Made by a program: the position numbers and the translations under genes. From Octopus vulgaris (lineage: Eukaryota), in assembly GCA_951406725.2 (NCBI GenBank), contig OX597818.1, forward strand, positions 77,438,001-77,502,000: a DNA stretch of 64,000 nt, given 5' to 3'. The notes under the pieces were generated by a model. The model saw nothing but the letters and a program-made list of their open reading frames with translations, had not been told where the DNA came from and ran no database searches. Positions 13,070 to 26,065 of the stretch are shown here, one piece after another; the first letter of the stretch is position 1; each line of letters begins with the position of its first letter.

Positions 13070-15027
13070 GTTTCAAATTTTAGCTCAAGGCCAGCAATTT
13101 TAGGGAGAGGGTAAATTGATTACCTTGACTCCAGCAATTCACTGGTACTTTATCTTAGCCCTAATAGGATAAAAGGCAAAATTGACCCTAGTGAAATCTG
13201 AACTCAGAACATGAGCAACGAGAATAAATGCTGCTAAGCACTTTGTGCAAAGTGCTAACAGTTCTACTTGCTTGCTGCTTTAAACAGTAATAATAATAAT
13301 GATAATAATAATAATAATAATGATAATAATAAGGTGTCAGTTATCTTAACTAATCAGGATTTGTTATGCAAACCTGGGAAAACAAAGTGTTGCTAAAGTG
13401 AGTTGGTATGAAAGATCTGTGCAATATAAAAGTATTACAAATGTAATAACACATAGTAGGAACACATGGATACGTGATGTTTGATAAGCCTATGCACCAT
13501 GTAACCAACAAGGAATACTATCTAAATGAAGACTTGATCTTCATGTTGTGTATCTAAAGTATATCTGTTTTTGTAAGATGATTTCAATTAATCTCTCTGC
13601 AAGCCAACAGAAAATATCTCTGTTAATTGCATCAATGAACTCTATTTTCTTCCTGTGATACTTTTCACACACATGTGACAGAACTCTTGTCTGTTAAGTG
13701 TCTTCACAGCTCAGTCCCAGTAAGACAGTACAAAGTGTCAACTCTTTGACTAAAAGTCCTGCATCCAGCCAGCTGCAAATTTTCAATGAGATTAAATACT
13801 GGATTAACATACTGATTATGTCAACTAGTATAAAAATTTATGCAACAGATGCAATTGTATATTATATTAGTTTTTGCTATTTAGATACATTTGTAATTGT
13901 TTAGATGCATTTCTAGGATTATTTTTAAGCTTCAAAATGTTATAATTCTGTACTGGACCTAACATGCTACCTTAAAGATTGTCTTCTGACTGTGATATGA
14001 TTATGAGTTGAAAGATTATTTGGTATGTATTGTCGTAGTGGGAACAAGCAGGTGGGTAAATGGTGAAATGCCATAAATCAAGGATTGATGATGGAAGAGC
14101 TGACAATCATTGATGCAAAGGATTACTTGTTGGTTAGAAACATTTCTAGTTGTTGTCTAGTCCCCAAATTAACTTTAATTGAGCAAATCCCTAATGAAAG
14201 CTTTCCATCCATGACCCTCTGTTTAATTGTATATTAGGGATAACATTGTTGAATGTATCTTTTTTTTCTTTTTACTTTTATTTAAAGGCATGTGTCATTA
14301 TTATCATCTGTTTGCTTTCTATTCTGGCATGGGTTGGATATGTCATCATGTTCTAAGTCAGTTCAGAGTTATTGCCCTTTTTGATGGGTTGGAGAATCTC
14401 ATCTTACTCAAACATTACATTTTTTGGATATGATTTCCAGGAATGGATTCCTTTTCTAACCCTAACCTCTTTACAGAGCACCGTGGTTGCATTTTATTGT
14501 AGCAACAGCACCAGAGAGGTAATCATGTCTTTGAACAGACTAAAGTGTTTTCTCAACACTATGTTGTCTCCACATATTTGCTAATTACTTTACAGAGTGT
14601 ACTGGATGCAAAATTGTTTCATGACACCAATACTAGTGAGGTTACCAAGGCTAAAGATTTATCATTACTTTATGGTGTCAAGACAACCTGATCAAGAAAG
14701 TGAGTTGAAGTGAACAGTACTGCTTTCATCAAATTTCCCAGACCAAGAGCTGACAAGTGGGTGACATAGAGCAAATCTCAAGTAGATTTGACCTTATGAA
14801 AGCTGTAATGGTCATCATCATCATCAAACAACCACTTTACAGAGTGTACTGGATGCTTTTATGCAGTACTGGCATGGGTGCTTCTTATGTGGCACCAGCA
14901 TCTAAAGCTTACAAGATTAGAGATGCTCAGCTGGAGAGGGTTACAGGGGATGAGACTGAATTCAAGGGCAGCCATGCTTTTACTTACCTTAATATGTCTT
15001 TTCAAGTACAGTAAACCACCAGAAGTC

Positions 15028-15225
15028 TCAGTCCCCTGTCATCCCCTCTGTGAGTCCTAACGTTTGTAGACCCTTACTCACCACTTCATCCCACATCTTC
15101 CTGGGTTTACCCCTTCCATATGCTCCCTCTAAAATTAGAGATTGGCACCTCTTGATGCAACTGTCTTCATGCATACACATTACATGGTCATACCAGCGCA
15201 GTCTTCTCTCTTGCACACTACATCT
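15028..15225 (-). mobile_element. RTE-type LINE C-terminal fragment (similar fragments ~18690-18850, 52730-52900, 54300-54480, all minus)
   Basis: QERRLRWYDHVMCM...GRGKPRKMWDEVV matches the RRLRW.GHV.RM...RGRP...W motif. Confidence 0.85.
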
Positions 15226-16330
15226 GATAAAAAGAGATGGGGATCAAGGTGTTTAAGAATGTTATTAGTGATGGCTGTTTTCATTGCCTTTTGAGATGTT
15301 GGAAAGGACTGAGGTAGAATGGTAGTTGACGGGATCAGTAGAGTTGCTGCTTTATGGGAATGGGATATAATGTAGTGGTTCAAGAAATTGGAACATATCA
15401 CTGTTGAGAGAGATTAAAGAATTTGGTTAGGATACAGGCTTACTCTGTGGTGATTTGTTTTAGGGTAATGGAAGAGACATTTCTATGGTCAGTGGTTTGA
15501 AATAACTGGAGATGTTTGGTGTATATCTGTATGTTTGTGATGATGAGGCTGATAGCCAGATATTTTGGTGAAGGATTTACCTTATGTATTCAGTGTGGAG
15601 TCAAATTCAAAGTAGGCAACAAATCTGAAAGCTTTCTCTCAGTAAGAGTTCTGTTTACATAACCATGGTGGTTAAGAAGTAGTGGAGAAAAAGATTTTTC
15701 AATATTGGTAGAGATTCTTTTGGCAAGAGACCAAGGGGATTGGCTGTAGTTTGGGAGGCAGGGAAGTTTGATGTTATGTGATGCATAGAGGTATACTTTA
15801 CAATTTGGATGATGGTCTTGCAGGAGTTGGTTTGGCTAAGAACCATCTAGATTGTAAGAGTGGGCATTTAAAAAAAATTAAATATTGTAAGTTATTTGAT
15901 TTGAATTGCAACATAGTTATGAATGAACCACGTAAGAAACTTTGGGCCATATGAGTTTTTGGTATGTGAGGAGGCATGATGAGCCTTAAAAGATAATTTC
16001 AGTCACCCATCTGTTTCTGATTGGTCAGAAGTGAAGCATCAGGGATAGTAAGTTCAAAATTTGTGGGAGCTTCAACCAGTCAGCTGGCATGAAATGCTAT
16101 AAGATCTGTAAGGTGGGTGAGATTTTATAGTATGTGGGAATATGATGAGTAATCATGATAAAATAGTGGTTGGATAACTTGATAGGTGCAGAAGCTATTA
16201 TGGTGTAATAGTGTTTGGATTTGATGCTGAAAAACAGATCAAACGGTATTTGGGGTGTCTATGTGTTGAGCAGGGATGTTGTAAGATATATAACTAATTG
16301 ATGTAGAGTGGAAGATTGCAAAAGATTTAA
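15226..16330 (-). mobile_element. Degraded CR1/L2-like LINE remnant (pre-RT and start of RT)
   Basis: Frameshifted pieces resembling PSNY(R)P.S.L..ISK and ..ILKHL; purine-rich plus strand typical of antisense LINE; boundaries approximate. Confidence 0.5.
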
Positions 16331-17014
16331 TTTCTTCATTTACAATGCCAAGTAATGTGAAATACTATCCATATATTAATAGTGATTCTGTTTCCATAGG
16401 TCTTGTATAGTAAAGTCTATACAACCGAAACCTATCTGGAATTATCACTTTTGACAAAGATCAGATTAATTTAATATTTACTTTTGTTCTAATGTTATTT
16501 CTCCCACACCACATGCATAATTCCAGTTTTAACTGAGATTTTAGTTATCACCTCTGTCTGCTTTGGTAAGGTTTAAGATTCTCAGTATGGAGAAAGTTTT
16601 GACTGATTCAGGTTTTCAACTAGCTATGTTTGCTTGGTTTTTTACACCATATGGTTGCTGTGTGATTAACCCCAAGGGACCCAGTTTCCCAAGATAACTG
16701 AGATTAAAAAATGCAGGGATGAGGCAAACTGACTGGGATGTGAAGATACTGACAGACAAGCTTTAGTTGTTAATATTTATAGCCTTTTATATAACTTAGG
16801 GTATATATACAATTTCTTTCTTCTGCATTGATTCTTTCTCATCCTCCATTTTTTTCTATTCTATTATTCTGCCACTGTTTAAACCATTATATATTAGTAA
16901 ACAGTTTACAATTTGTGGGGAAAAGAAACAATGCTGTGAAAATACCCCAAAAGTAGATTTCTGTTTTAATTTAGACTTTAATTCCTCTTCATTATTAATT
17001 TGCAATAGATATTT

Positions 17015-17059
<45 letters not shown>

Positions 17060-17431
17060 GGCACTTGTGCCGGTGGCATGTAAAAACACCCATTACACTC
17101 TGAGTGGTTGACATTAGGAAGGGCATCCAGCCATAGAAAACCATACAAAATCAGACTGGATCCTGGCGAAGCCTTCCAGGGTGCCAGCCCAGTCAAACCA
17201 TCCAACCCATGCCAGCATGGACAACGGATGTTAAATGATGATGATATATTAGTGAGTAGACAAATGAAAGAAGGGTACTCAACATATTCACCAGGAGTTA
17301 CATGTCTGGATCGCGACATGCTTGAAACTCAGAGTACCAAGGAGCAGGAATCAAATTGTTTTGATCCATACACACATACATAGATTCAACTTTTAGGAGG
17401 TATAAGATGCTAGTGTTTTTGGTAGGTTCAT

Positions 17432-17469
17432 CTTTGTTTGATGAAGGCGAGCATTCTGAAACGTTGAAG
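17432..17469 (+). ncRNA. Degenerate minimal hammerhead motif
   Basis: UUGAUGA-AGG(CGAGCAU)UCU-GAAA-CG-UU; palindromic ACGU stem III; C3 replaced by U; weak stem I. Confidence 0.4.
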
Positions 17470-19769
17470 CTGCTGTCGACCTTTTCCTGGTAAAAACAGG
17501 TGTTCTACCAAAAAGTGTCAAGCAATGCTTCAGTTGAATGTAAAATTGTTTTTTTTAATATATAATTAGACATAAAAATGCACAATAAATATGAGATATA
17601 ATTCTTTTATTGGAAGATTGAATCTCAAAGCAAATGAACCTATAGATAATAGCATGTAAATATTGGGTTACAATTCTCTTTGGATAGAAATAGGCAAATG
17701 TTACTCAGTGTCAAATTAATATATATGTGTGTGTTTGTGTATGTGAGTACATACACACACATACACACACATGCATAAAAACATATATATTATGAGTTGA
17801 GATTGGTGGATTTGTAGGTTCCCAACTATGTACTTAAGAAAAGGCAATTTTCACAAATTGTTTGGAGTCTATATTTTGTTAGAAAGTAGATTCAAATAAA
17901 TTGGTGCTTGGGAAGATATCCTGCTGTGAAACACCTGCTTCAAGAACTCAGATTCATAACCAAGGCTAGTGTGGTAAAAATAGATGATGAAACACATTTT
18001 GTGTCTAAAACTGCAACATTAAACTTGAAAGTATTATGTTGTATGACTAATATAGTTGCAGTGCTTTTTAACTTTGTTTCTAAATTGCTACTCCCCTAAT
18101 TCCTGTATCTTAATCATACCTTTACTTAATTTTCTTTTAGGATATATTTCTTTATCAATATTTCAAGATAATTATTTTTTCTTATTTATGTTGTAAATAT
18201 TGTAGTATTTATTGACTTACTTTTATTTGAATCAACCTTGCATTATTGTGTGTTGGTGGTGGTGGGGATTATTGCAACAACTTTATTTTCTTAGTTGAGT
18301 TGAAATGGAATCCTGTTGGTGTTTGGAACTGCTACCAAATTAGTGCCTCATAGGAGTATGAGATGTTTTGGCACAGCTGTTTTGGCACTATCTATTTGAT
18401 GTTGCTGATTTGACAACAGATGTCTTAGTGTTTTTCATTCTCTCCCCCTGTCATCATCATCATCATTATGTAACGTCCATTGTCCATACTGGCATGGGTT
18501 GGACAGTTTGATCAGGACTGGTAAGCAGAGGAGCTACACCAGACTCCAGTCTGATTTGGCATGGTTTCTATGGCTGGATGCCCTTCCTAACACCAACCAC
18601 TTCAAGAGTATAATGGGTGCTTTTATGTGTTAACAGAATGGGTGCCATTTGCTTCACACCAGTATCTGTCACAACTATGATTTCACTTAGCTTGATGGAT
18701 CTTCTCACGCACAGCATATTACCAAAGGTCTCAGTCATTTGTTATTGCCTCCTTGAGGCCCAATGCTTGAAAGGTGCTTTTTATGTGCCACTGGCACAGG
18801 TGCCAGTTATGCAACACCGGTATCACCCACATTTCCTCTGTAAGGCCCAATACTTCAAAGGTGTGTTTTATGTGCCAGTTACTTGACAAACCATCAACTT
18901 CCAAACAGCTGCACCCAGTCATCTTGTTCTACCCATATAGAGATATTTTAACAGGTATTCAATACATGAAAGTTTTGTTTGATAATAGCTTAACAAAATA
19001 ATCTACATATGAAGTATGAACAAAAAAATGGTTGAATTCCATGGTAGTGGGGTATGTGTGTGTCCTAGGTGAAAATTTATACACACATATATCATCATCA
19101 TCATTATCAACATTTAATGTCTGTTTTCCATGCTAGTATGGGTTGGACAGCCTGACAGGAACTGGCAAGGCCAAGGGCTGCACTAGGTTCCATAGTCTGT
19201 TTTGGCTTGGTTTCTACAGCTAGATTCCCTTCCTAACACCAACCACTCCACAGAGTGTACTGGATCTTTTTACATGGCATTATCACTAGTGCTTTTTATG
19301 TGGCACCAGCACCAAGTATGTGTACATGTATGTATTGTGTGTCATCATTCTACATTTGATTTTCCATGCTGGATGGTTGAGTAGTATAGTATTCTTAGTA
19401 TTTTGTTACCTATTGCAGTTTTTTGTCTTGCTTCCAAAACAGTTCTTCATCTCGCCGCATTCTTTACCTTGTTACTTGCTGCAGTCCATCATATCACTAG
19501 GAGCCTTTGTTTTCCCATCTGTACAGGTCACTCATCTCTCTCTGTGGTCCTTTGTTTTTTTCTCCTTTTGTTGTTCTTTTTCTCAGCAGCCACTGTAACT
19601 CTTAATGACTTGGCACACACAACATCAGGGGAAAACTGGCCAATGTTGTTGTGTGTGTGTGTGTGTGTGTGTGTCTGTAGTGCACACTGGAGGCATTTTA
19701 ACATGCCATCCTTGCCAAAAATGTTGTCTGCTGATGGATTAATGACATTACAAAGTCCACTGTATTTTG

Positions 19770-20400
19770 TATCAGTTCTTACTCAGAGTTACTACATTCC
19801 TCCATAGGTAATTTGGGAAGCATCTTGTGGGGTCTGTGTCTTATTATTGTTATGGCTGGGTTCCAACCTGGGCCACAGCAACAAAGTCTACCTGCCGTAC
19901 TTCTCAGTCCATCATCACTGCCTTGATGTCCTGGATACATTCCAGGACAGTGTCTGCAATCGAGTTGTCGATTTAAGTGTGACAATATTTTCCTCTTCTT
20001 ACATCACCATGAAGTGGGTTCCACGACTAATTTGGATGCTTCCAGTTCATATGCTCCAGGTTTTGGCATAGTTCCTATTGCTGCATGTTTGTCTATCTCC
20101 AACCACATTACAGTGTGTATTGGAGGGAATTTAAATATGCACCCAGTACACATTATAGAGATTGTCTGTGGTTGGATGAAGAAGTCCTCTCTATTATGTA
20201 TCAATTGTTTAGAGTTACTGCTTTCCTAAACAAGTAGCCTGCATGTTGTGTTCTATCTCTATCATTCTTTTATTGATTTTGATATGGTTATTTCAACCAG
20301 ATGCACTTTACTTCAGCAATCTATTCCACAGTATGATCTGAAGTTATTTCATTGTACGACAAGCTCTAATGACCCCATCTGCTGTCACCGTAATAAACTG
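19770..20400 (-). mobile_element. Degraded LINE remnant (possibly RTE type)
   Basis: Non-microsatellite island of higher GC with many stops; only fragmentary RT C-terminal-like motifs visible. Confidence 0.35.
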
Positions 20401-20629
20401 TCTACACTGCATCATCCAAGTCACTAGGGTTGGAAAGAGTATTGTTGGTGAAGGCTGATTTTCTATAGTTGAATGCCCTTCCTTTTGCCAACCCTCACTT
20501 GTTTCCAAGCAAGATATTTCCCCGTGGGCAAGCATGTTTCTCATGGAAGAGTGGAAACGAACAACATTGCTTGTCTGATATGATGCTCATTCAAAACCAC
20601 CATGTGATGTGAAGACATGGAGAGAGAGG

Positions 20630-20676
<47 letters not shown>

Positions 20677-23039
20677 ACACACACACTATGGGCTTCTTTC
20701 AGTTACTATCTTCTAAATTTTAACTTTCACTAACAAGACTTTGATCAGCCTGGGCTACAATAGAAAAAAAAAAAAAAAAAAACTCACCCAAGGTGCCATG
20801 CAGTGGGCCTGAACCTGCAAACACAGGGTTAGGAAGCAAGTTTCACAACCATACAGTCACTATTCTTTTACTTCGAAAATAAAATCTCAGACTGAACACA
20901 TAAATATGCATCCACTTATACATACTCACATTTCTGTAAAAGTCTGCATTGAAAGAAAGGGATGGCAATGAAAGCATTAGATGGATGAGATCATTTTGGT
21001 AAAATTGGTGGTAAAGATGGGGAGGGGTAGTGAAGACAAAGAGGGGAATGGTTAGAGATAGAAGAACAGTGGTAGTTACACAGTAGACTGGGCAGGAAAC
21101 AATGTAACATAGTTTAAAGTGAAGGATTGTCTTTGTCATTCTATTTATTCATCATCCACTTCAAAAATAGAGGTCTTACTTTTTTTCTTTTTCATGTCTG
21201 GAAGGTAGAGTTAGGAGTTGTTTGAAAGAAAAGAAGAAAAAAAGGTTTTGATAAAAACCATACTACTACTTTTAAAGTTGCGGTTGCCGTCTAAATTTCA
21301 GAATGATACCTTTGTTTTGTGGTGATAGAATATCTAATTAAAATCTAAAAATAAAAGTACAAACCCATGAATAAACAAATATAGGTGTAGACGTTGACTA
21401 TGTGGTTGAGAAGCTTGCTTAGCAGCCATGTAGTTTCGGGTAAGTCCAGTGTGTATGTGTGTGTATTTTGGTGCAGGTGTGGCTGTGTGGTAGGAAGTTA
21501 GCTTTCCAATCACATGGTTTTGGGTTCAGTCCCACCATGTGGCATCTTGGGCAAGTATCCTCTGCTATAATCCTGGGCTGAATTAAGCCTTGTGAAGTGA
21601 ATCATGGAAACTGAAAGAAGCTTGTCTTATACCATACATACATCTGTGTATGTCTTTGTGTTTGTCCCACACAACTTCTTGACAGTTGGTGCTGGTTTGT
21701 TTATGTCCCTGTAATTTAGTGTTTAGGCAAAAGAGACTGATGAAATAAGTATCAGACGTTAAAAAAAGTACTCGGGTCAAATTGTTTGGCTTCACACATC
21801 AAAATGGTGCTCCACTATGGCCACAATCTAATGATTAAAGCAAATAAAAGTTGACAGCTGGTGCTGGTTTGTTTATATCCATGTACCTTAGTGGTTTGGC
21901 AAAATAGACCCATAGAATATATAACATTCTTTAAAAAAATTAAGCACTGAGTTCAGTCTCTTGAACTAAAACTATTCAAGGTGGTGCCCCAGCATTGTTG
22001 TAGTCCATTGACTGGAACAAGTAAAATATGAAAAAGGAATGATTGATTTGATAAATATTAAATATTTTCAGACAATTGTGTGTATATAAAATTTGTATTG
22101 TATGTATATTGTATGCATATGTGTGAAGTATCTTTGTGTTAGTGAGTCTTAAACATTTCCTTCTTTCTTGGACCAGTTGCTTTTATAAATTATAAACATT
22201 TTTATTGTTTCTCCTGTAAATTATTCACTTTCGTCTGTCTTCATATAACGTTTTAATGAGAAAAACAGATTCTTTTCTATTTTTAATCCTTCCTCATTGT
22301 TGCTGTAATGTAGAATTTAATATCTGTTTTATATATGTTAATGGAGAGCTATCGTAAATCTATCCAAATTCACCTGTCTCCTAATTGTGAAATTTTTCTT
22401 TTTCTGTAAGCAAGCCAAAATCTTCAACTTTGTTGTGATATCTGGTTAAAATCATTTCATTTTGCTTACTACCAATAATGTCCTTGAGAAATGCATGGAC
22501 ATAGTGTAATCTCTTTTCCTTTCTCCTTGTTCATCTGAACCTTGGTGTGTGTTTATGTGTGTGAGAAAGAGAGAGACAGACAGACTGAGAGAGGGGGTGG
22601 AGAGGGCTAATTCTTAGTTTATTTTCATTTAGTTCTGGGAAAAAGCACTCTCTACTTCATTGAAGTATTCTCAGGAGAGAAATCCTATATATAAGCCAAT
22701 TCTTAAAAAGTATATTACCTGTAAAATGTCTTGTTATTACCCCATCATTCTCTAACATTTGTTCTACTGCAACTAATGTAGCCAATACTTGAAGGAATTC
22801 TTCTCTCCAAATTGCTCCCAAGATATTTCCCACGTACAATCTGTTTAGAATCAAACTGCTACCCTTACTGTGTTAATTTATCCAATATTTTTGTTTACCT
22901 TCTGTCAGATGTTCCACTTTTTTTCTCACTCCAAGATGTCATTGGAAGCTGGCTATCCACATACAAATTGTCTCCCACTCCCATCTATCAATTTCAACAT
23001 AACTAGTACTCTTCACTTTATTAATACCAAATAATATGT

Positions 23040-23313
23040 TGCCAGCAGTGCCTTGACTGGCTTCCATGCCGGTGGCATGTAAAAGGCACCAACCGATCAT
23101 GGCCGTTGCCAGCCCCCTCTGGCCCCTGTGCTAGTGGCATGTAAAAAGCACCCACTACACTCATAGAGTGGTTGGCGTTAGGAAGGGCATCCAGCTGTAG
23201 AAACACTGCCAGATCAGACTGGAGCTTGGTACAGCCTCCTGGCTTTCCAGACCTCAGTCGAACCGTCCAACCCACGCTAGCATGGAAAACGGATGTTAAA
23301 CGATGATGATGAT
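23040..23313 (+). mobile_element. SINE family with (GAT)n tail (probably RTE-mobilised); many copies in both orientations, e.g. 17058-17245(+), 18452-18630(-), 27620-27806(+), 42935-43160(-), 58290-58527(+)
   Basis: Recurring gagtggttggcgttaggaagggcatccagctgtagaaa...ccaacccatgc.agcatggaa..cggatgttaaa.gatgatgat. Confidence 0.85.
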
Positions 23314-23691
23314 GTGGTTATCTTTTATCCTTTACTTGTTCAATAATTGGACTGTGGCCATGCCGGGGCACCACCTCCTAGGAGGGTTTTATTCAAACAA
23401 ATTCACTTCAGCACTTAAGTTTTTATAGTGTTTGATACTTATCTTGTTTTCTCTTTTACTGAATTGCTAAGTTATGAGGATGTAAGCAAACCAACACCAA
23501 TTGTCAAGAAGTGGTGCGTAGATGACACAAAAATAAATAGACATTATATATATATATGTGTGTGTGTAAAAAGGTTGAATTTAGATTCGTCCTTTTATTT
23601 GGAGGTTTCCAAAAAAGATTTCTAATATTGATTCTTCATATTTTGCTGGTAGTTTACAGGCATAAATTTGCAAATATGAAAATGATACTTG

Positions 23692-23881
23692 TATATGATG
23701 TTGTGAATTTATGGAAAGGAAGCCCATAAAACTCAACAATTTAGTTAAAAATGGAGAAGATGTTAAAATATATAAGAGAATTTTAAAATTATCTTGTATA
23801 TTTTAACACCTCTTCTCCATGTTTAACTAAATTGTTGAGTTTTATGCAATTTCTTTCCATAAATTCACAACACATTGTATA
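23692..23881. repeat. Spacerless long palindrome / foldback element (~93-bp arms)
   Basis: tgttgtgaatttatggaaag...aaatatataaga mirrored by tcttgtatattttaac...ctttccataaattcacaaca; centre aatttt|aaaatt at 23784/23785. Confidence 0.92.
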
Positions 23882-24784
23882 TATATATATATGTATGTAT
23901 GTGTATGTGTGCATGTGCACACACACATACACGCACAATGGACTTTCACACAGTTTCTGTGTACCAAATTCACTCACAAGTCATTGGTCAACCTAAGGCT
24001 ATAATGAAGACACTTGCCCAAGGTGCCAGTTGGTGGGACTGAACCTATAACCAGGTGCTTGCAAAGAAAGCTTCTTGCTTATTTTATTTAAAGTCTGTAA
24101 AATAATTGTTTCTAGTTTCATTCCCTCACTTCATTTGTTGTGTATCTTGGAAAAGAGTTAGCAAATATAAATAGCCCACTCTGTAAAGTGGTTAGTGTTA
24201 GGAAAGGCATCCAACTTTAAGACCTATTTCAAAGCAGATATTGGAGCTTGGTGCAGTCCTCTGGCTTACCAGCTCCTGTCAAACCATCCAACCCAGGCCA
24301 GCATGGAAGGTAGATGTTAATTGATGATGATGATATGTGAAAGAACTTATATTTCCTTAAATGTTTTATGTATGAACTGGATTAAAATATTAATCCAGAG
24401 AGTTTTGTAGTCTTTAGAAATATTTTAAAGAACCTTAATTTTAATATGATTTTACTTGAAATATATAATGAAATATAGTAATCTAAGAGAGTTTTGTAAC
24501 CTTTAGAAACGATTTTGATTTTCTGTGAGAAAACCATGGTAAACTGTGTACACAAAAATACTTTGTCGTATGAAAGATCATGGGAAGGAGGGTGCTACTT
24601 GTGACACTTGCAGGTCACACTATCCTGGATATCTGCAGGTCAGTGTTTGCAAAGGGAGAATAGGGTAGGAGAAGGCCAAGGAATTATGGAAGATTCACAC
24701 TTTAGTTTCAAGTATATGCCCAATGTATACACAGAAAATTAAAGATTTTTCAATAATTCTATGAGCAATTGCTTCATTTTACCC

Positions 24785-25570
24785 AAATGCATCAGTAACA
24801 CCCCCACCGCCCTGCCCTGTCCCTAGCCACATTCAGATGGCTGATGCCCCTTATGTTATAGAGCAGTTACTGTTTATATCTCGTCTAGAGATTTATTATT
24901 GCTTTCGAACGGATTTTCTACATCAGTAAATGTGTTTACTGGAAAATCCTTAAATATATAGCCTGTACAGAGAGTTATTCGTCGGAGAGCGGTGCTTACC
25001 ATGCGTTGATAATAGGCAAATACCTTGAAACCTGGTCCGTATGTAGCATCCGCTTCTTCGGGGAATGATCTCCCTTTGCAGGCTAGAGGACACCGAGATG
25101 GTGTCAGCCCTCCTGGTGACGTTGATGATCGCCTGGGGCTAAATGCATCAGTAACACCCCCACTGCCCTGCCCTGTCCCTAGCCACATTCAGATGGCTGA
25201 TGCCCCTTATGTTATAGAGCAGTTACTGTTTATATCTCGTCTAGAGATTTATTATTGCTTTCGAACGGATTTTCTACATCAGTAAATGTGTTTACTGGAA
25301 AATCCTTAAATATATAGCCTGTACAGAGAGTTATTCGTCGGAGAGCGGTGCTTACCATGCGTTGATAATAGGCAAATACCTTGAAACCTGGTCCGTATGT
25401 AGCATCCGCTTCTTCGGGGAATGATCTCCCTTTGCAGGCTAGAGGACACTGAGATGGTGTCAGCCCTCCTGGTGACGTTGATGATCACCTGGGGCTAAAT
25501 GCATCAGTAACACCCCCACCGCCCTGCCCTGTCCCTAGCCACATTCAGATGGCTGATGCCCCTTATGTTA
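24785..25570. repeat. Tandem repeat of a 356-bp CpG-rich unit, 2.2 copies (starts 24785, 25141, 25497)
   Basis: Copies 1 and 2 differ at only 3 positions, all CpG transitions; the third copy stops after 74 bp. Confidence 0.97.
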
Positions 25571-25966
25571 ATTATAAAATGCAAATGGAAAATCTCTCTA
25601 TTTCATTATCAGGAGAAATAAATGTCTTAATAGGTACTTTTCTGTTATCTCTTAATAAATAATCAATTATTCATTTATATCAATTGCTTTTTATATCATT
25701 TACAGTGGTAATTAAATATATTCAGAAATATGTTGGTCACATTTAAAATCTAATTTTTATCTATTGTATAATAATCCAGGATAATTACAAATGTCCCATG
25801 AACATTCCAATCCTTATTTACCTGTTTTTTGCCTGTTTGTATTATGTGTGTGTGATTCATTTGTAACTAAAAGCAGTTTAGCTTATCTATGTATATATAA
25901 TGTAAAATCACTTATTTGAATATATATATATATATATATATACACACACTTTTTCTTTCGAAACAG

Positions 25967-26065
25967 GTCAGCTCCAGCGTTGTGTGATAATCCAGAAGGA
26001 TGAGAAGGGTTATGGGCTTACTGTCAGTGGAGATAATCCAGTTTTTGTTCAGTCTGTCAAACCAG
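25967..26065 (+). CDS. ARHGEF12: Internal exon (99 nt, phase 1-1) of PDZ-RhoGEF/LARG-family Rho guanine nucleotide exchange factor; N-terminal half of PDZ domain
   Basis: tttttctttcgaaacag| ... |gtaatt; translates (G)QLQRCVIIQKDEKGYGLTVSGDNPVFVQSVKP, very close to the ARHGEF12/ARHGEF11/RhoGEF2 PDZ start (QRCVIIQKD.NGFGLTVSGDNPVFVQSVK). Symbol denotes the ARHGEF11/12 co-orthologue. Confidence 0.96.

Noticed and set aside
24785-25570. CRISPR-like reading (74-bp repeat x3 with 282-bp spacers) and ORFs 24874-25188 / 25025-25285
   Set aside because: The 'spacers' are near-identical to each other, there are no cas genes and the DNA is eukaryotic; the ORFs lack recognisable homology.
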